This document shows, piece after piece, positions 1 through 9,800 of a stretch of 28,737 nucleotides of DNA. Positions within the stretch are counted from its first letter, which is position 1. Each line of letters opens with the position of its first letter. The notes beneath the pieces were generated by a model that searched no databases, had not been told where the DNA came from, and saw only the letters and a list, made by a program, of their open reading frames with translations. Origin of the DNA: a virus (lineage: Duplodnaviria; Caudoviricetes); the IMG/VR virus record IMGVR_UViG_3300031647_000045, positions 1-28,737 of that record; one strand, given 5' to 3'. A program made the translations under genes and the position numbers.

Positions 1-2840
1 GCTAATCTTTTGCCCAGCCTGCTCTTATCACCCTCTATATTAGCAACGTGATCTATCAACGCATCTCCCAAGTTGTTTTGTACATCTTTATCGTTTCCAA
101 TAGTCTTAAATAAAACTGCATGAGCAAACTCGTGTGCCTCGGTAGCAACCAATTTCTTATCTTTGTTCAGGATAATATTAAAACTTCCGTCAGACTTTTG
201 AGCTATAAAACCATATTCATTAGAAGCAGTTTTTGAATCAAATCCCTCTTCTTCAATATCAGCAATTTCTTTAGTAGACATTTCAGTGACCTCACCCTTT
301 AAGTCACCTTTTTCTATAGCTCCTTTTATAGTAGTTTCTATCTTTTTTATCTTAGCTTTCTCAGCTTGCTTGATAACTGAGTTTGATATCTTCTCGTCAA
401 TCTCTTTTATTTGATTATCTATACCGACAGAGATAGCTTTATCTTTACCCTGCTTTTGCTTTACTAACCCTTGTTTTTGTATTAGTAAATCTACTTGAGA
501 ATCAGAAACATTTTCCGGAGCGGAATTAACAGCGTTAATTATACTTTGTCCGTAATTTTTCGCATCATTAATTTGATTAATGGTTGCTTGATGGTTATCT
601 TTAGATTTTTGAGTTCTAGCATTCTCAAACTTTGCGTTAGCAACCTTTAGGTTGTCATCTAAGACATCTATAATGTCTTGACCTCTATCTTTATATTGTT
701 GGTATACTTGTTTCTTAGCGTTTTTAATATCATTTACAGTACCTATGCTCCCTAAACTCCCAGACAGCATTAGAGTTGCTGCTATCGTTTCTTTTTGAGT
801 TCTTAAGTCTAAAATATCAGGGGAATGCTGTAGTCCAACTGAGTACTTAGCAATATCTCCAAAAGCTAGTTCTAATTCCTCCTCACCAAGTTCCTTCCCC
901 ATGTTGATGACGAATTGCTTCGTTGCGCTACCAATAGCTTTTTTAGTAGCGGAATTCCTTAGGTTACTCACAAAACCTTTTAGTATCGTTTTACCAGCAG
1001 TTGAACCTAGGAAGTTCGCATCAGGCATTATCATTTGAGACAAGCCAGTTCCAAACGATTTCATACTGCTATAAGCATATGACTGGCCATCGTCGAGTCC
1101 CAAGTCTTTTCCCTCGTGAAAATTATCATTAACAGTCATTCTATAAGAAGCGTCAACCATTCTGATAGTGGATCTACCCTTGGGTGATGTTAGGAATCTT
1201 GGACCCACAGTGTTCCACAGGCTTTTAACTGGTTTTAAGTTTCCTTTTCTAGCCGACAAAATCACACCCACAGTGAAGGGTAGCATGTTTGCTATTGTTT
1301 TAGTGGTAGATCTAGCGTTTATAGTGTAGTTACCATCCTTGTCTAATATATCGGCACCATAATCAGACGTTCCAGCCCAATTGAAATTCGCGTAATTCTT
1401 GTACGAGTCTGAAACAGCATCATGCCCATCATAGTAGCGACTCTCCTCGTTCACAGTCTCGTCCATTAAACCAGCCAGCCAAACACTAGTCCCTATTGTA
1501 GCATCAGAAGCTATGTTAACACCCCCTTGAACAAAGGTTGCTACGCCATCGTAAGTTCCGCCCCAAAAACCTCTTTCCTTAACATATTTATCTCTCCAGC
1601 CCTTGTAGTCGTCGGTCATCTCGAAGTTATTGCTAATAGTTCCATCTACAGCATTAAAACCTAACTCGGTAAATGTCGTCTCTAACCTACTTTTTGCTGA
1701 CAAAACTAAATCATTTACTTTCTCTCTCTCACCGTCTAAAGCATTGTATTGGTTAACTAAGTCATTATATTCGTTAGCTTCTCCTTCGGTCTCGAATGGC
1801 AGTAGCAATCCCTCGTCATCGTACTTGTTCGCAGCTTTAATCCTAGCATCTAAATCATCTCTCTTTTTAACAAAGTCCAAAACCACAGCGCTGTTATAAA
1901 CGTCGTTAGCTTTTTCGTACTCAACTCCTATCACTTCGTGCTTAGCGTTTCTTATTATATCTTCCTTCTCACTAAGAGTATAGTTGTTCTCAGCTGCTCT
2001 ACCCATGTCTTTGATAGAAAGGTCTTCTATTATCTGCTGTTCAACCAAGTTGTTTAGCTCGGTAGATTCTTCCTCCGTATCACTATAGCTCGAGTAAGTG
2101 TCACTAACGTTAGCTGTAGATATGTTATCTAAAGCCTTGTTAACGGTTTCTACCTCGTAATTAGCAGTATTAATCCTTGTTTGCTCAGGATTATTCTTTT
2201 CGTAAAAATCAACTTGTTTTTTAATCTCATTTTCGTCCCCGCCATTGTCTACAACTCTATTAGTTATCTCTGCAACCTTATCCTCGTGTTGAGTAACAAT
2301 ATTAATGTTATTTTGGTACGACTTATTTCTTGGATTAACCTTAGACTCGGTGGTTGCGCTTTTAATACTTTCTATTTCCTTTAATATATCAGCCGCTTCT
2401 TGAGACATAGAGGGAGCTTCCGCTAACATAGCTTCTAACTCCACTATTTTAGGCGAACTCGCTAACTCCAAATCAGTAGTCACACTAGCGATGTCTTGTT
2501 TTGTTAGTGGTACTTCAATCTCGGTATTTTCTAAAGCTTGCTCTAACTTTGATTTCTTTGACGCAAACCAGTCTGGCCCAGACATATAATCCCTAATCTT
2601 CTTAGCCTCGGGATCCACAACCACAACTTCTTCTTGTATACCCGTAGAATCTCCCTCCCCATTGGATGCCGTATCTTCTACCTTCACAGCGACATCCGCC
2701 TGTGCTGGTGCTTCCTTTACTTCCTCAGTCTCCTCTACCTCAATGTTAAATTCACTTTCTGGAGTAGCATCTAACACGGCTAATTCTTCGTCTGTAGCTC
2801 CGTTTTCTACTGCAGCTAATATTACCTCTGATTTCGTCAT
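1..2840 (-). CDS. Giant virion/ejected (polyvalent-type) protein with zincin HExxH motif; 3'-truncated by the window edge
   Basis: Not in the ORF track because no stop lies within the window. ATG at 2840 (MTKSEVILAAVENGATDEELAVLD...), read by hand as open to the left edge (about 946 codons). Acidic N-terminus, helical/coiled middle, and 'FNIILNKDKKLVATEAHEFAHAVLF' with HEFAH at 120..134 in the same frame. Its position after the tail and ejection genes matches the large internal proteins of podoviruses. Confidence 0.8.
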   Translation of the reverse strand, partial: MTKSEVILAAVENGATDEELAVLDATPESEFNIEVEETEEVKEAPAQADVAVKVEDTASNGEGDSTGIQEEVVVVDPEAKKIRDYMSGPDWFASKKSKLEQALENTEIEVPLTKQDIASVTTDLELASSPKIVELEAMLAEAPSMSQEAADILKEIESIKSATTESKVNPRNKSYQNNINIVTQHEDKVAEITNRVVDNGGDENEIKKQVDFYEKNNPEQTRINTANYEVETVNKALDNISTANVSDTYSSYSDTEEESTELNNLVEQQIIEDLSIKDMGRAAENNYTLSEKEDIIRNAKHEVIGVEYEKANDVYNSAVVLDFVKKRDDLDARIKAANKYDDEGLLLPFETEGEANEYNDLVNQYNALDGEREKVNDLVLSAKSRLETTFTELGFNAVDGTISNNFEMTDDYKGWRDKYVKERGFWGGTYDGVATFVQGGVNIASDATIGTSVWLAGLMDETVNEESRYYDGHDAVSDSYKNYANFNWAGTSDYGADILDKDGNYTINARSTTKTIANMLPFTVGVILSARKGNLKPVKSLWNTVGPRFLTSPKGRSTIRMVDASYRMTVNDNFHEGKDLGLDDGQSYAYSSMKSFGTGLSQMIMPDANFLGSTAGKTILKGFVSNLRNSATKKAIGSATKQFVINMGKELGEEELELAFGDIAKYSVGLQHSPDILDLRTQKETIAATLMLSGSLGSIGTVNDIKNAKKQVYQQYKDRGQDIIDVLDDNLKVANAKFENARTQKSKDNHQATINQINDAKNYGQSIINAVNSAPENVSDSQVDLLIQKQGLVKQKQGKDKAISVGIDNQIKEIDEKISNSVIKQAEKAKIKKIETTIKGAIEKGDLKGEVTEMSTKEIADIEEEGFDSKTASNEYGFIAQKSDGSFNIILNKDKKLVATEAHEFAHAVLFKTIGNDKDVQNNLGDALIDHVANIEGDKSRLGKRL

Positions 2841-2846
2841 ATAATT

Positions 2847-3800
2847 TTATTTACTATATTTTGCAATTAAATCCTGTGCTAACGTTGATTTTGTTTCTTT
2901 TGTGGCTGCTTCTCTTTTCTCAAATTCTGCATCGTGCATTCCTAACACCGTGTCGACAAACCCATCATTGAAGTCAACATCTGTTTTATTTAGGCTATAA
3001 AGCTCCGCGTACTCTTTAGATTCCTTAAACTCAGGAGTGATTTCTATACCAGTTTGATTTGAAATAAACATGTCGATTAATTCTGGATTCTGATACATGT
3101 AATCCTTAACAGCTGTTTTACCATCTTTACCTCTAACTAGCTTATTCAGATCTTTCTCTAGAGTGGGTCTAGTGACATTATTATATTCTTCAATACTAAT
3201 AGCTCCATCTCCGTGTGCAAGCTCTCTAGTGTCAACTAAAGCAGCATCTACCACGTCCTCTAACTCGGGGTTATATTCACCGCCAGTATCTATAGCATCC
3301 CAAGCGTTTCCTCCATACATGAGTCTCGGCACGCCACTTTCATCTTCCACTATCAAGCCTTCTTCACCAAATGTCCCGTTAGCGAAGTTGTGGAAGTTTG
3401 TAGCTTGTTCGCTTGTGTTTGAGTTAGCGTATGTCTCATTTACTTCAGTGTCTAATAGTTGTTTTCTTTTGGTAGCCGCTCCCTCAAGGTCTTCGTTTAG
3501 TTTTTTTAATCCTTTTTCGATGTTATTAATCCCATCAATAGCTTCGTTGTAACCCTCAGCATTAGAGCCTAACGCTTTAATTTTTTCAAACTCAGCTAGT
3601 TCCAATTTCTTCAAAGGCAAGTACTGTGTGAGTTGATTATTAATCGACTCTGAAAACTTAGTTATCGTGGTTCCGTTAGGATTTGCGCTTATTAAATCTT
3701 GGGTCTTTTGAGTAGCATCTTGTATTGGTGAGTTCTTTACCTCCTCACCCGCTATATTAGAAACACCAAAACCATATCCACCTATTTGTTTGTTTGACAT
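2847..3800 (-). CDS. Hypothetical protein, probable internal virion/ejected protein
   Basis: 317-aa acidic, helical ORF between a pilot-like protein and the giant protein. Function inferred from position only. Confidence 0.55.
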   Translation of the reverse strand: MSNKQIGGYGFGVSNIAGEEVKNSPIQDATQKTQDLISANPNGTTITKFSESINNQLTQYLPLKKLELAEFEKIKALGSNAEGYNEAIDGINNIEKGLKKLNEDLEGAATKRKQLLDTEVNETYANSNTSEQATNFHNFANGTFGEEGLIVEDESGVPRLMYGGNAWDAIDTGGEYNPELEDVVDAALVDTRELAHGDGAISIEEYNNVTRPTLEKDLNKLVRGKDGKTAVKDYMYQNPELIDMFISNQTGIEITPEFKESKEYAELYSLNKTDVDFNDGFVDTVLGMHDAEFEKREAATKETKSTLAQDLIAKYSK

Positions 3801-3813
3801 ATTTTATTATTTT

Positions 3814-4584
3814 TTAAGCATATTTCCCCATAAAACCTTCCACTCCCTTACCGAGAAGCCCACCCGCACCAGCACTCGCCAGTCCAGAGGTAACTCCACC
3901 AAGTATTTGACTCATCCCACCTGCACTCTGAGCCTTAGCAGCTGCGGCAGCAGCATTACTCGCTGATAATTGTCCAGACGCTAATCCCATTAAACCCTCT
4001 TGCTTTTGATATTTCAACCCTCGAGCTGCAGCCGCACCACTCAGTCTAGATGCTTGTGCTTGTTGTGCTCCTGTTGCGATTTGCATTTCAGCTTGTGCTT
4101 CAGCTGTTTGTTTTTGACCGGCTCCCTGAGCTGCCATCACTTGGTTTCGTGATTCCTGTTGCCCAATAGATGCGGATGCTTGTCTCGCCGCGTTTTGACC
4201 TTGATTAGCCATTGCTTGCGCTAAACTAGCGATACCAGACCCACCAGCGGCGCCTTGCATGCTCTGCATTATGTTAGCTCTATTTTGATTCCCTTGCTCT
4301 GCTTCAAACTGAGCTTGTTGTTGGTTAACGGTTAAGTCCTCCATCGTATTCTCATAGCTAGTTTGTATGCCAGAATACGCATTAGTAACGTTAGCGTTTA
4401 GATTACTAGTGTCTAGTTTACCATAAGCTTTCTTTTGCTTGTTCATTTCTATCCTAGCTTTCTCTTGGGCTCTAGCGGCTGCTTTAGCGGCTTTATTCCC
4501 TCCAATCATATTCATGACTCCCCCAACAACTCCAAGAGCTGCTCCGAGGAACCTTGCAGGACTTACTTTTTTACCTATTGCCAT
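3814..4584 (-). CDS. Probable DNA ejection/pilot protein (compositionally like P22 gp7 or T7 gp14)
   Basis: 256 aa with a Gly/Ala hydrophobic N-terminal segment (FLGAALGVVGGVMNMIGG), a Gln/Ala-rich coiled middle and a glycine-zipper-like C-terminus (ILGGVTSGLASAGAGGLLG). First gene of the ejection cluster. Confidence 0.65.
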   Translation of the reverse strand: MAIGKKVSPARFLGAALGVVGGVMNMIGGNKAAKAAARAQEKARIEMNKQKKAYGKLDTSNLNANVTNAYSGIQTSYENTMEDLTVNQQQAQFEAEQGNQNRANIMQSMQGAAGGSGIASLAQAMANQGQNAARQASASIGQQESRNQVMAAQGAGQKQTAEAQAEMQIATGAQQAQASRLSGAAAARGLKYQKQEGLMGLASGQLSASNAAAAAAKAQSAGGMSQILGGVTSGLASAGAGGLLGKGVEGFMGKYA

Positions 4585-4600
4585 ATTTTTGTTTATTTGT

Positions 4601-4614
4601 TATTTATAGTCACA
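4601..4614 (-). promoter_or_regulatory. Candidate phage promoter TGTGACTATAAATA
   Basis: Lies in the 48-bp gap before the ejection cluster and shares TGTGA-N3-TA-N-ATA with 27329..27342. Confidence 0.4.
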
Positions 4615-4632
4615 GTTTATGCTATTTTTTTA

Positions 4633-6411
4633 CTACCCAGCTACTAAAAAGCCTTCAACGTTGAGATACAAGGTTGTATCAGTAATCGGCATGTTCCTAA
4701 CATCAATAGTTCCTGTTATCAAAAGCTCGTTACTAGGTCCATCGAAGTATAGTGTGATACCATCTTCTAGCGTCTGCGCGCTACTAACTACAATGTTAGC
4801 TGCTCCAGTAGGTGCCGACTTACTAACCACCGTTGGATTCGCCGTTGTGGATCCAATCCCAACACCCCTAACCGTTTGGCCTACTAAGATATTCCCAACT
4901 TCCGTCATAGCTATAGTTGCACTAGCACTACTAGCAGCTGTCGTGGTTGTCGACACTTGGGTTGGTGTTACTACGGTATCACTTATAGCTACACTCATAC
5001 CAGTTGCCTTACTTATTAACCCCGCGCCTTGGGCTATCACAAGTACATCCGCGTCAGCCTTAAGTGCATCAAGCTGCTGCACGTCAAATACTACATCCCC
5101 TGCTTGCGCTTGCACTCTTCCATTACGATCTATACTACTAATAAAACCAGTACTAACAATCCCTCGTACGAACACATCTTCTTCCTCACTGCTCTCAACG
5201 TCTGTATAATACCTATTTGACTCATCCAACTCCTGAATCGTTTTATTTACCACGTAGTTACTTATGGTAGTGGGAGTGGTAGTATTGCCACCAGAACCGG
5301 ACCTTGACGGATCTAACTCCATTCCATTAGTTAAGTTAGCTATGTTTGTGATAGGCCATCTATAATAAGTGGAACCACTAATATCTTCCCCCGCAATAGG
5401 TGATGCCTCCGCTCCAAATGTAACTGAATTTATGAAACATAAATCATCTGTTACTGGTGTTCTAATCGAGCTAAACCCACGGCTATCTACCGCTGCCAGG
5501 GTGATTGAAAATTCGTGTTTGCCTGAGGATCCAGATACTACTTCGATCGCCGCTCTACCCGTAGTCGATGATATGTTGTTCGGTATCATCCCTCTAAATG
5601 CTGGGTAAAAAGTAACAGCAACACCGTCACCCACTACGTCCTCCTCACTCATTTCGATCTCGTGTATATTATCTCCATCAGGGTTGATCTTGGTAACCAA
5701 AGTTCCTAATCCACCAGAAATACCAGTGCACTCTATCAAATCACCAATCTCAACAACGTTTGGGTCAGTTGCATCCTCGTCTAGTATCATTCTATTGCTA
5801 CTAACTGCTCCATTAGTTGTGGCTGTTGATTGACTAGTTTTAGACGGTGATGCTGTTGATATGTATAGGTTTTTAATAACGTCTTGGTACAAAATTTTTG
5901 TTATGATATTAGAGTTTGAACCCGTTGAACCATTTACATTTGGGCTACCATCCAAGTATCTAGCCTCAGAGAGTGCAACGTGCCTTGTTCTTATATTCTC
6001 CACCGTCTCTGCGATAATGTTAATTGTAATTGTTTTTAGAGAGGTTTGCTGTGGTAAGATAACACTAGTAGCATAAGAACCTCCGGCACCAACCTGTGCG
6101 TATATACGCTTGTAAGGAATTGCACTCCACGTTTTGGTTTTGAAGTTATAGTAGTTAACTCTATCGCCCTCGTACGTTTCAATACTGAACACAGCTCCCT
6201 CGTCAGCAATGATAGTGATAGCTTTCAGTCCTCCATCAGGAGATATGTCACTGTAGTCAATAATAACATCTTTAATCTCCTTTTCAATGTAACCATATAG
6301 TGCTAAGTAGTCAGCGTCTTTAGCTATACCACCGTCTGGTTTATAGTGAAAGCCCTTAGGTGCCTTTACATTATCAATTGACTTTATAAATGCTTCTTCT
6401 CCGTATGCCAT
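4633..6411 (-). CDS. Tail-associated structural protein, beta-rich with an internal repeated domain
   Basis: 592 aa, rich in Thr/Ser/Gly/Val/Ile, with two similar segments of about 75 aa. Located in the tail module. Confidence 0.55.
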   Translation of the reverse strand: MAYGEEAFIKSIDNVKAPKGFHYKPDGGIAKDADYLALYGYIEKEIKDVIIDYSDISPDGGLKAITIIADEGAVFSIETYEGDRVNYYNFKTKTWSAIPYKRIYAQVGAGGSYATSVILPQQTSLKTITINIIAETVENIRTRHVALSEARYLDGSPNVNGSTGSNSNIITKILYQDVIKNLYISTASPSKTSQSTATTNGAVSSNRMILDEDATDPNVVEIGDLIECTGISGGLGTLVTKINPDGDNIHEIEMSEEDVVGDGVAVTFYPAFRGMIPNNISSTTGRAAIEVVSGSSGKHEFSITLAAVDSRGFSSIRTPVTDDLCFINSVTFGAEASPIAGEDISGSTYYRWPITNIANLTNGMELDPSRSGSGGNTTTPTTISNYVVNKTIQELDESNRYYTDVESSEEEDVFVRGIVSTGFISSIDRNGRVQAQAGDVVFDVQQLDALKADADVLVIAQGAGLISKATGMSVAISDTVVTPTQVSTTTTAASSASATIAMTEVGNILVGQTVRGVGIGSTTANPTVVSKSAPTGAANIVVSSAQTLEDGITLYFDGPSNELLITGTIDVRNMPITDTTLYLNVEGFLVAG

Positions 6412-6412
6412 A

Positions 6413-6811
6413 TTATTTGCTATTTATTGTTATCTCACTTCCGACGCTAAAGATCTCTGCTTTCTCTCTAGAATTGTTGACGAACTTTGCTTCAGCATAG
6501 TAACCTATCACCTCCCCTACTGTTTGGTCATATTTAGAGAACATAATAAAGTCGCCTTCCGCTGGTGTATACTGAAATTTACCAACAGTGTCATCGACTT
6601 CTAAAGACCAATCCCCATTCCCTAAATCAGTTATCCGCCTTAAAACACCTACTACGTGTTGGACATTAGTATCAACCGAGCTCGAGGTTGAGGTTCCGCC
6701 GACCTGTGAGTCAATTGATCCAACTTGCGTTACGGTTGGCCTAGCTAAGATCAAATCACCAACTTGAAGCGAGACGTTTAAGTGCGGGAGTGTTAATTCG
6801 AATGTTTTCAT
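6413..6811 (-). CDS. Small tail-associated structural protein
   Basis: 132 aa, coupled to the upstream gene by a TAATG overlap at 6811; C-terminus GYYAEAKFVNNSREKAEIFSVGSE. Confidence 0.55.
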   Translation of the reverse strand: MKTFELTLPHLNVSLQVGDLILARPTVTQVGSIDSQVGGTSTSSSVDTNVQHVVGVLRRITDLGNGDWSLEVDDTVGKFQYTPAEGDFIMFSKYDQTVGEVIGYYAEAKFVNNSREKAEIFSVGSEITINSK

Positions 6812-9800
6812 TATTTATCTTGTATTAAACGTATTGGCCTCCAGACGCAACTACCATCGTCCACCGTTGCTGCTGGGTTGTAATTAATCGCGGCAGGATG
6901 TGTACATCCCTTTATAGCTGGGTTTGATGTCCCACCAACCACCGCTTGCTTCTCTTCCGTACATTCCCAAGCTTTAGTTTTAGCATTCCACCAGGAGAAT
7001 ACCGCCACGAGAGTATAAGGTAGGGTTGCTCCATTAGATACAACCATCGCTTCTATAAATCCATTAGGTCCGGCCTGAGGGTATAAACTACTGTGGTCCA
7101 CGGTGCCATCATCATAGCCTGGTGTCATTCCAATTGCTCCCGCCCCTCTTGATAGAGCTGTATTTCCATTAGGAAGCTCTATATCCATTCTCCAAAGGCC
7201 ATACGAACCTAAAGTTGCTCCAAACACAACTCCACCTGTACTGTTGGTGTAGAAAATAGCCGTGCCGTCACAACTGGTTTGAACAGGGGATATACAAGAA
7301 CCATCATCATAGGTTGCTAATGGGTCGAAATTACTCGCGTCTCTATCCATGCATCCACCGCCACTGTTAACAACACCTCCAACAACACCTACACCTTGGA
7401 ATGTGAAATCACCACTATCAGCACTTACGCTAAGGTCTATGTTTCTGTTTATGCTATTGTACCATTTACCATCTTTTTCTAAAAACTCCTTGACACAACC
7501 TTCTTCCTTATTAGTTATAATAGACTCCACGCTCCACCCTGGTTTGCTAGATAGATTGTGGGGTTGTTGGTCACTATAATCAGTGTTTGGCTGTAGAGGT
7601 ATCTGTTTTTGTAATTCAGTAGTGAATCTTTCGACTTTGGATTGACTACCCTCGTAGTTCAGAGTGTTAAACACTTTGACCATGCTAGGGTCATTATTCA
7701 AAATCACATCGAGGGACGATGGTTTGAACACGCCGTAAAAAGTGTTTCTATCTTCCGACTCGCTGTAATGTAGATATAATCTCCCCTCATCAAAAGTGTA
7801 GTAGTTGTTCGCTAGGCTAATACCATGCTGCATGTTTGTGTAGGATTTAAAACTGACCCAACCACCAACTTTCTCGCTGAATGATAATAGGCTAGGCTCA
7901 ACACTACTTTGTAGTTTGAAACCAGCCTTTAGTGGTGTTGGAAACTTCATAAAACCTCCGTCAATAGGTCCTTGTTCTGGATAAGCACCCCATATGTCTT
8001 TTAGTGGTTCGAGTCCCGTTGTTTGGTTAACGATTTCATCAGAAATCCCAATACGCACCCAGAACTGTGTTACACTTTGTGTTCCAAAAGTAAGTGGAAT
8101 ACCCGTGTCAATACTGGTAATAATTGTTCCTATTGGAAGCAGAGGCGCATTTGAAGATGGGTCGTTAAGTGTCACCCCATCACCGATAGCAACACTATTG
8201 CTAAATGAATATTTAAACCAATCAGGTTCAGAGAACCATATACTTGCTTGGGATGGAGTTGTTGGTGGTAATCCGCTACCGGGTACGTGTTTTTGAGTGG
8301 CACCAGTGATAAATGTTTTAGCACTAAAGAAAGTACTATTCGTCAATAGGATGTTATACTCGTTATTCCTATCGTCATAGCTCCCAATTAACTTCTTGTT
8401 CTCTTTCAAATTGTCTCTAAACCAATCTTTCATTCCAGCATCAGATATAGGTGTTAAACCATCCTTAGATAATCTCATTACAGCTCCTCTAACTCTATCT
8501 GTGAAGTAAGCTCTGTAGGATTCCTCCGCAAACGACTCTGGGTTAGTCGATATACCATACTCACCGGCAAAGGGTATTGTTTGCCCTAAAACTCTATCTG
8601 TAGCTATTAATTGTGGATTACCATCAGCATTGTATAAAGCATCTTTATTTGCCGATATCCTTAATATCTTATCTTCACATAGAGCCACTAGGTCGGAGTC
8701 TCTGGAGTATAGCTTTTGAATACTACCATATACTGGGTTAACGTCCTTAGTGATCTTCTCTCCAGCAATAAACTGGTTTAAATTATTTATACCAGAAGTT
8801 GAATTGTATATACCTGAGTATATCAATCCATACTTCCGATGTTCTTCTTCATACTCTTGCTCTAGTGTTGTTGACGCTTTTACCCCATTAGATATGTACG
8901 GTAAGTTAAAGTTGTCTCTAATTCTATTAGATTCAACTCCATTACCAAAAGAATAACAGTTGTGCCATGGCAAGACGAATTTGTTTCCAACCAAGTTCTC
9001 TTCAATACTTATTTTCCATTGATTTGTTCCAGGACCATTATCCACAAAAGTGACATCCGCTTCTATTATCAAGTCATCTGGCCTATTGAATAGACTAACT
9101 CCTTGAGCGGGGGAGGTTGTTGGGCTATCTGGATTCATTACGATTACATTCTCACCCTCATGTCCAACAACAACAAAATTGTTTGATAGATTTACCAGCT
9201 TAGTCCCTACTGGAAAGGCTCCTCCCACTGTTTTATCATTAACCAATGCTGGTATAGCTCCTGATGCCTCGTAGTATATGTCTAATTCTGTGGATTCCTT
9301 AGGTTCTGTCTCCCATATCGCTGGGTTGTCAGATAAAATTTCTATAGGTTGGATTTCTTCGATGAATTCCATAGTATAACCAACTGCACAAATAGCACCT
9401 AAACCACGTTTCCTACCTACTGTGTTCATGTTAAACTCAGAGTTAGGGCTATAACCATTCATACCCACCTGTTCGAAAGTATAATCCTCATTGAGGTCGG
9501 GTTTGCTCGTTATAAACAACTCTGTGTGATGAGCCGTGGTTAGTGGTCTTTCCCATCCACCAAGATATAAAAGGAACTTACTACCGATTGGTACAATATC
9601 TCTAACAGCGAGGTTTGACGGGTTGATTGCACTACCACTGGACTCATAGCGCGTTAGAGCCATTCCTTTCGCGAGCTTCTTAGTTCCATCCGTCAGTGTG
9701 TCAACGGCTATGACGAGGTCCACCCAAACAGAAGTGCTACCGGTTACAACTAGATTACTAGCTACATTTACTGCTTTCAACTCAACTTTAAGCCCGTTTG

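Noticed and set aside
1-2840. Calling the giant protein a virion RNA polymerase
   Set aside because: No RNAP catalytic motif was recognised in the visible part; it remains possible beyond the window edge.
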